This document shows positions 56,721-57,403 of a DNA stretch of 57,403 nt, piece after piece; the first letter of the stretch is position 1, and each line of letters opens with the position of its first letter. Under the pieces are notes generated by a model, which saw nothing but the letters and a program-made list of their open reading frames with translations, did no database searches and was not told the DNA's origin. The stretch is from an uncultured virus (IMG/VR IMGVR_UViG_3300021089_000001) (taxonomy: Duplodnaviria > Heunggongvirae > Uroviricota > Caudoviricetes), in the IMG/VR virus record IMGVR_UViG_3300021089_000001; one strand, given 5' to 3'. Both the position numbers and the translations under genes were made by a program.

Positions 56721-57403
56721 AGTAATATTTAGTGGGTGAAAAGGGTATTACAACCATAAAAAATTGTAGTCAAAAAATTTGAAATGGGTACTTACACTAT
56801 ACCCATGGTTGCTTTATAGTACAGTACAGTGCAGAAATGGTTCTACAATGGTGTTTTTTAAATTACGAAAATATTATATAAAGTACTTTTCTTTTCAAGG
56901 TGGTGATTTTCCACCTATAGCTGTTTGTAAAACGCTTTTATGAAATTATATTTGTATGCCGACGCCCCGACAAAAAATATTTTTTATTTTTTTATTTGGA
57001 AAGTTTTTATTTTAGAAATAATTTCTTCTCTGTAGGCCCATGCTCCGCCTAATACCACAGGAATTATAATACATATTACAACAAAGTCTACCATCTAAAC
57101 ACACTTCCAGTTCACTTCGCATACGCCACACAAGGTCAGTAGTCCTACGGACGCTACAGTCACCACCAAGCCTAGCACAGATGCCTCTAGCATATTGCCT
57201 ATGAACATCCTACTCAAACATATCATCTTATTCATCATCTTCATCTTCTTCTTTGTACTCCTCTTGCCCATTAGTTATTAGGTCGGGGATACTTACGAGG
57301 GCACGCGGAGTATCCCCTAGGTGTTGTTAGGCGTTAGCCTGTTAACCTCATTGTCTCGAGCGTTTGCGTGTTGGATCTATGATCCGATAAATTGCTCTAA
57401 TGA

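Noticed and set aside
57095..57271. 58-aa minus-strand ORF (MGKRSTKKKMKMMNKM...)
   Set aside because: No clear RBS or motif and low-complexity start; cannot be supported
1..57403. tRNA, rRNA or CRISPR array
   Set aside because: No cloverleaf with a GTTCRA T-loop and no regularly spaced 25-45 nt direct repeats were found by eye; a tRNAscan run would be needed to exclude divergent tRNAs
1..57403. Stop-codon reassignment as in some large phages
   Set aside because: Core genes are full length in the standard code, and TAA, TAG and TGA all end genes at sensible positions

Overview
57.4-kb AT-rich segment of a large T4-like (myovirus) dsDNA bacteriophage genome, standard genetic code. A marine alphaproteobacterial (SAR11-like) host is my inference from the AT richness and host-like accessory genes. 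Order: tail sheath, tube and baseplate-like genes, head-completion nuclease and terminase (1-10 kb); gp32-UvsX-UvsY (10-13 kb); an 11-kb glycosyltransferase/methyltransferase island (13-24 kb); a replication block with UvsW, a clamp-loader-like gene, a 192-aa DnaE-like polymerase core, primase, a half carbamoyltransferase, gp41 helicase and a SET-domain protein (24-36 kb); an inverted 7-gene cluster with amidinotransferase, PLP aminotransferase and Fe/2OG-type oxygenases behind a late-promoter-like motif (36-41 kb); and an accessory region with HtrA, arrays of membrane microproteins, glutamine synthetase II, isocitrate lyase, ribosomal protein bL33, exported Cys-pair proteins plus a thioredoxin-like protein, a nitrilase-family enzyme and a 2OG oxygenase (41-57 kb). 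Two promoter classes are visible: TTGAC(A/T)-N17 sigma70-type and T4-late-like (A/C/T)TAAATA. No tRNA, rRNA or CRISPR array was seen. All calls come from motif recognition by eye; no database search was run.
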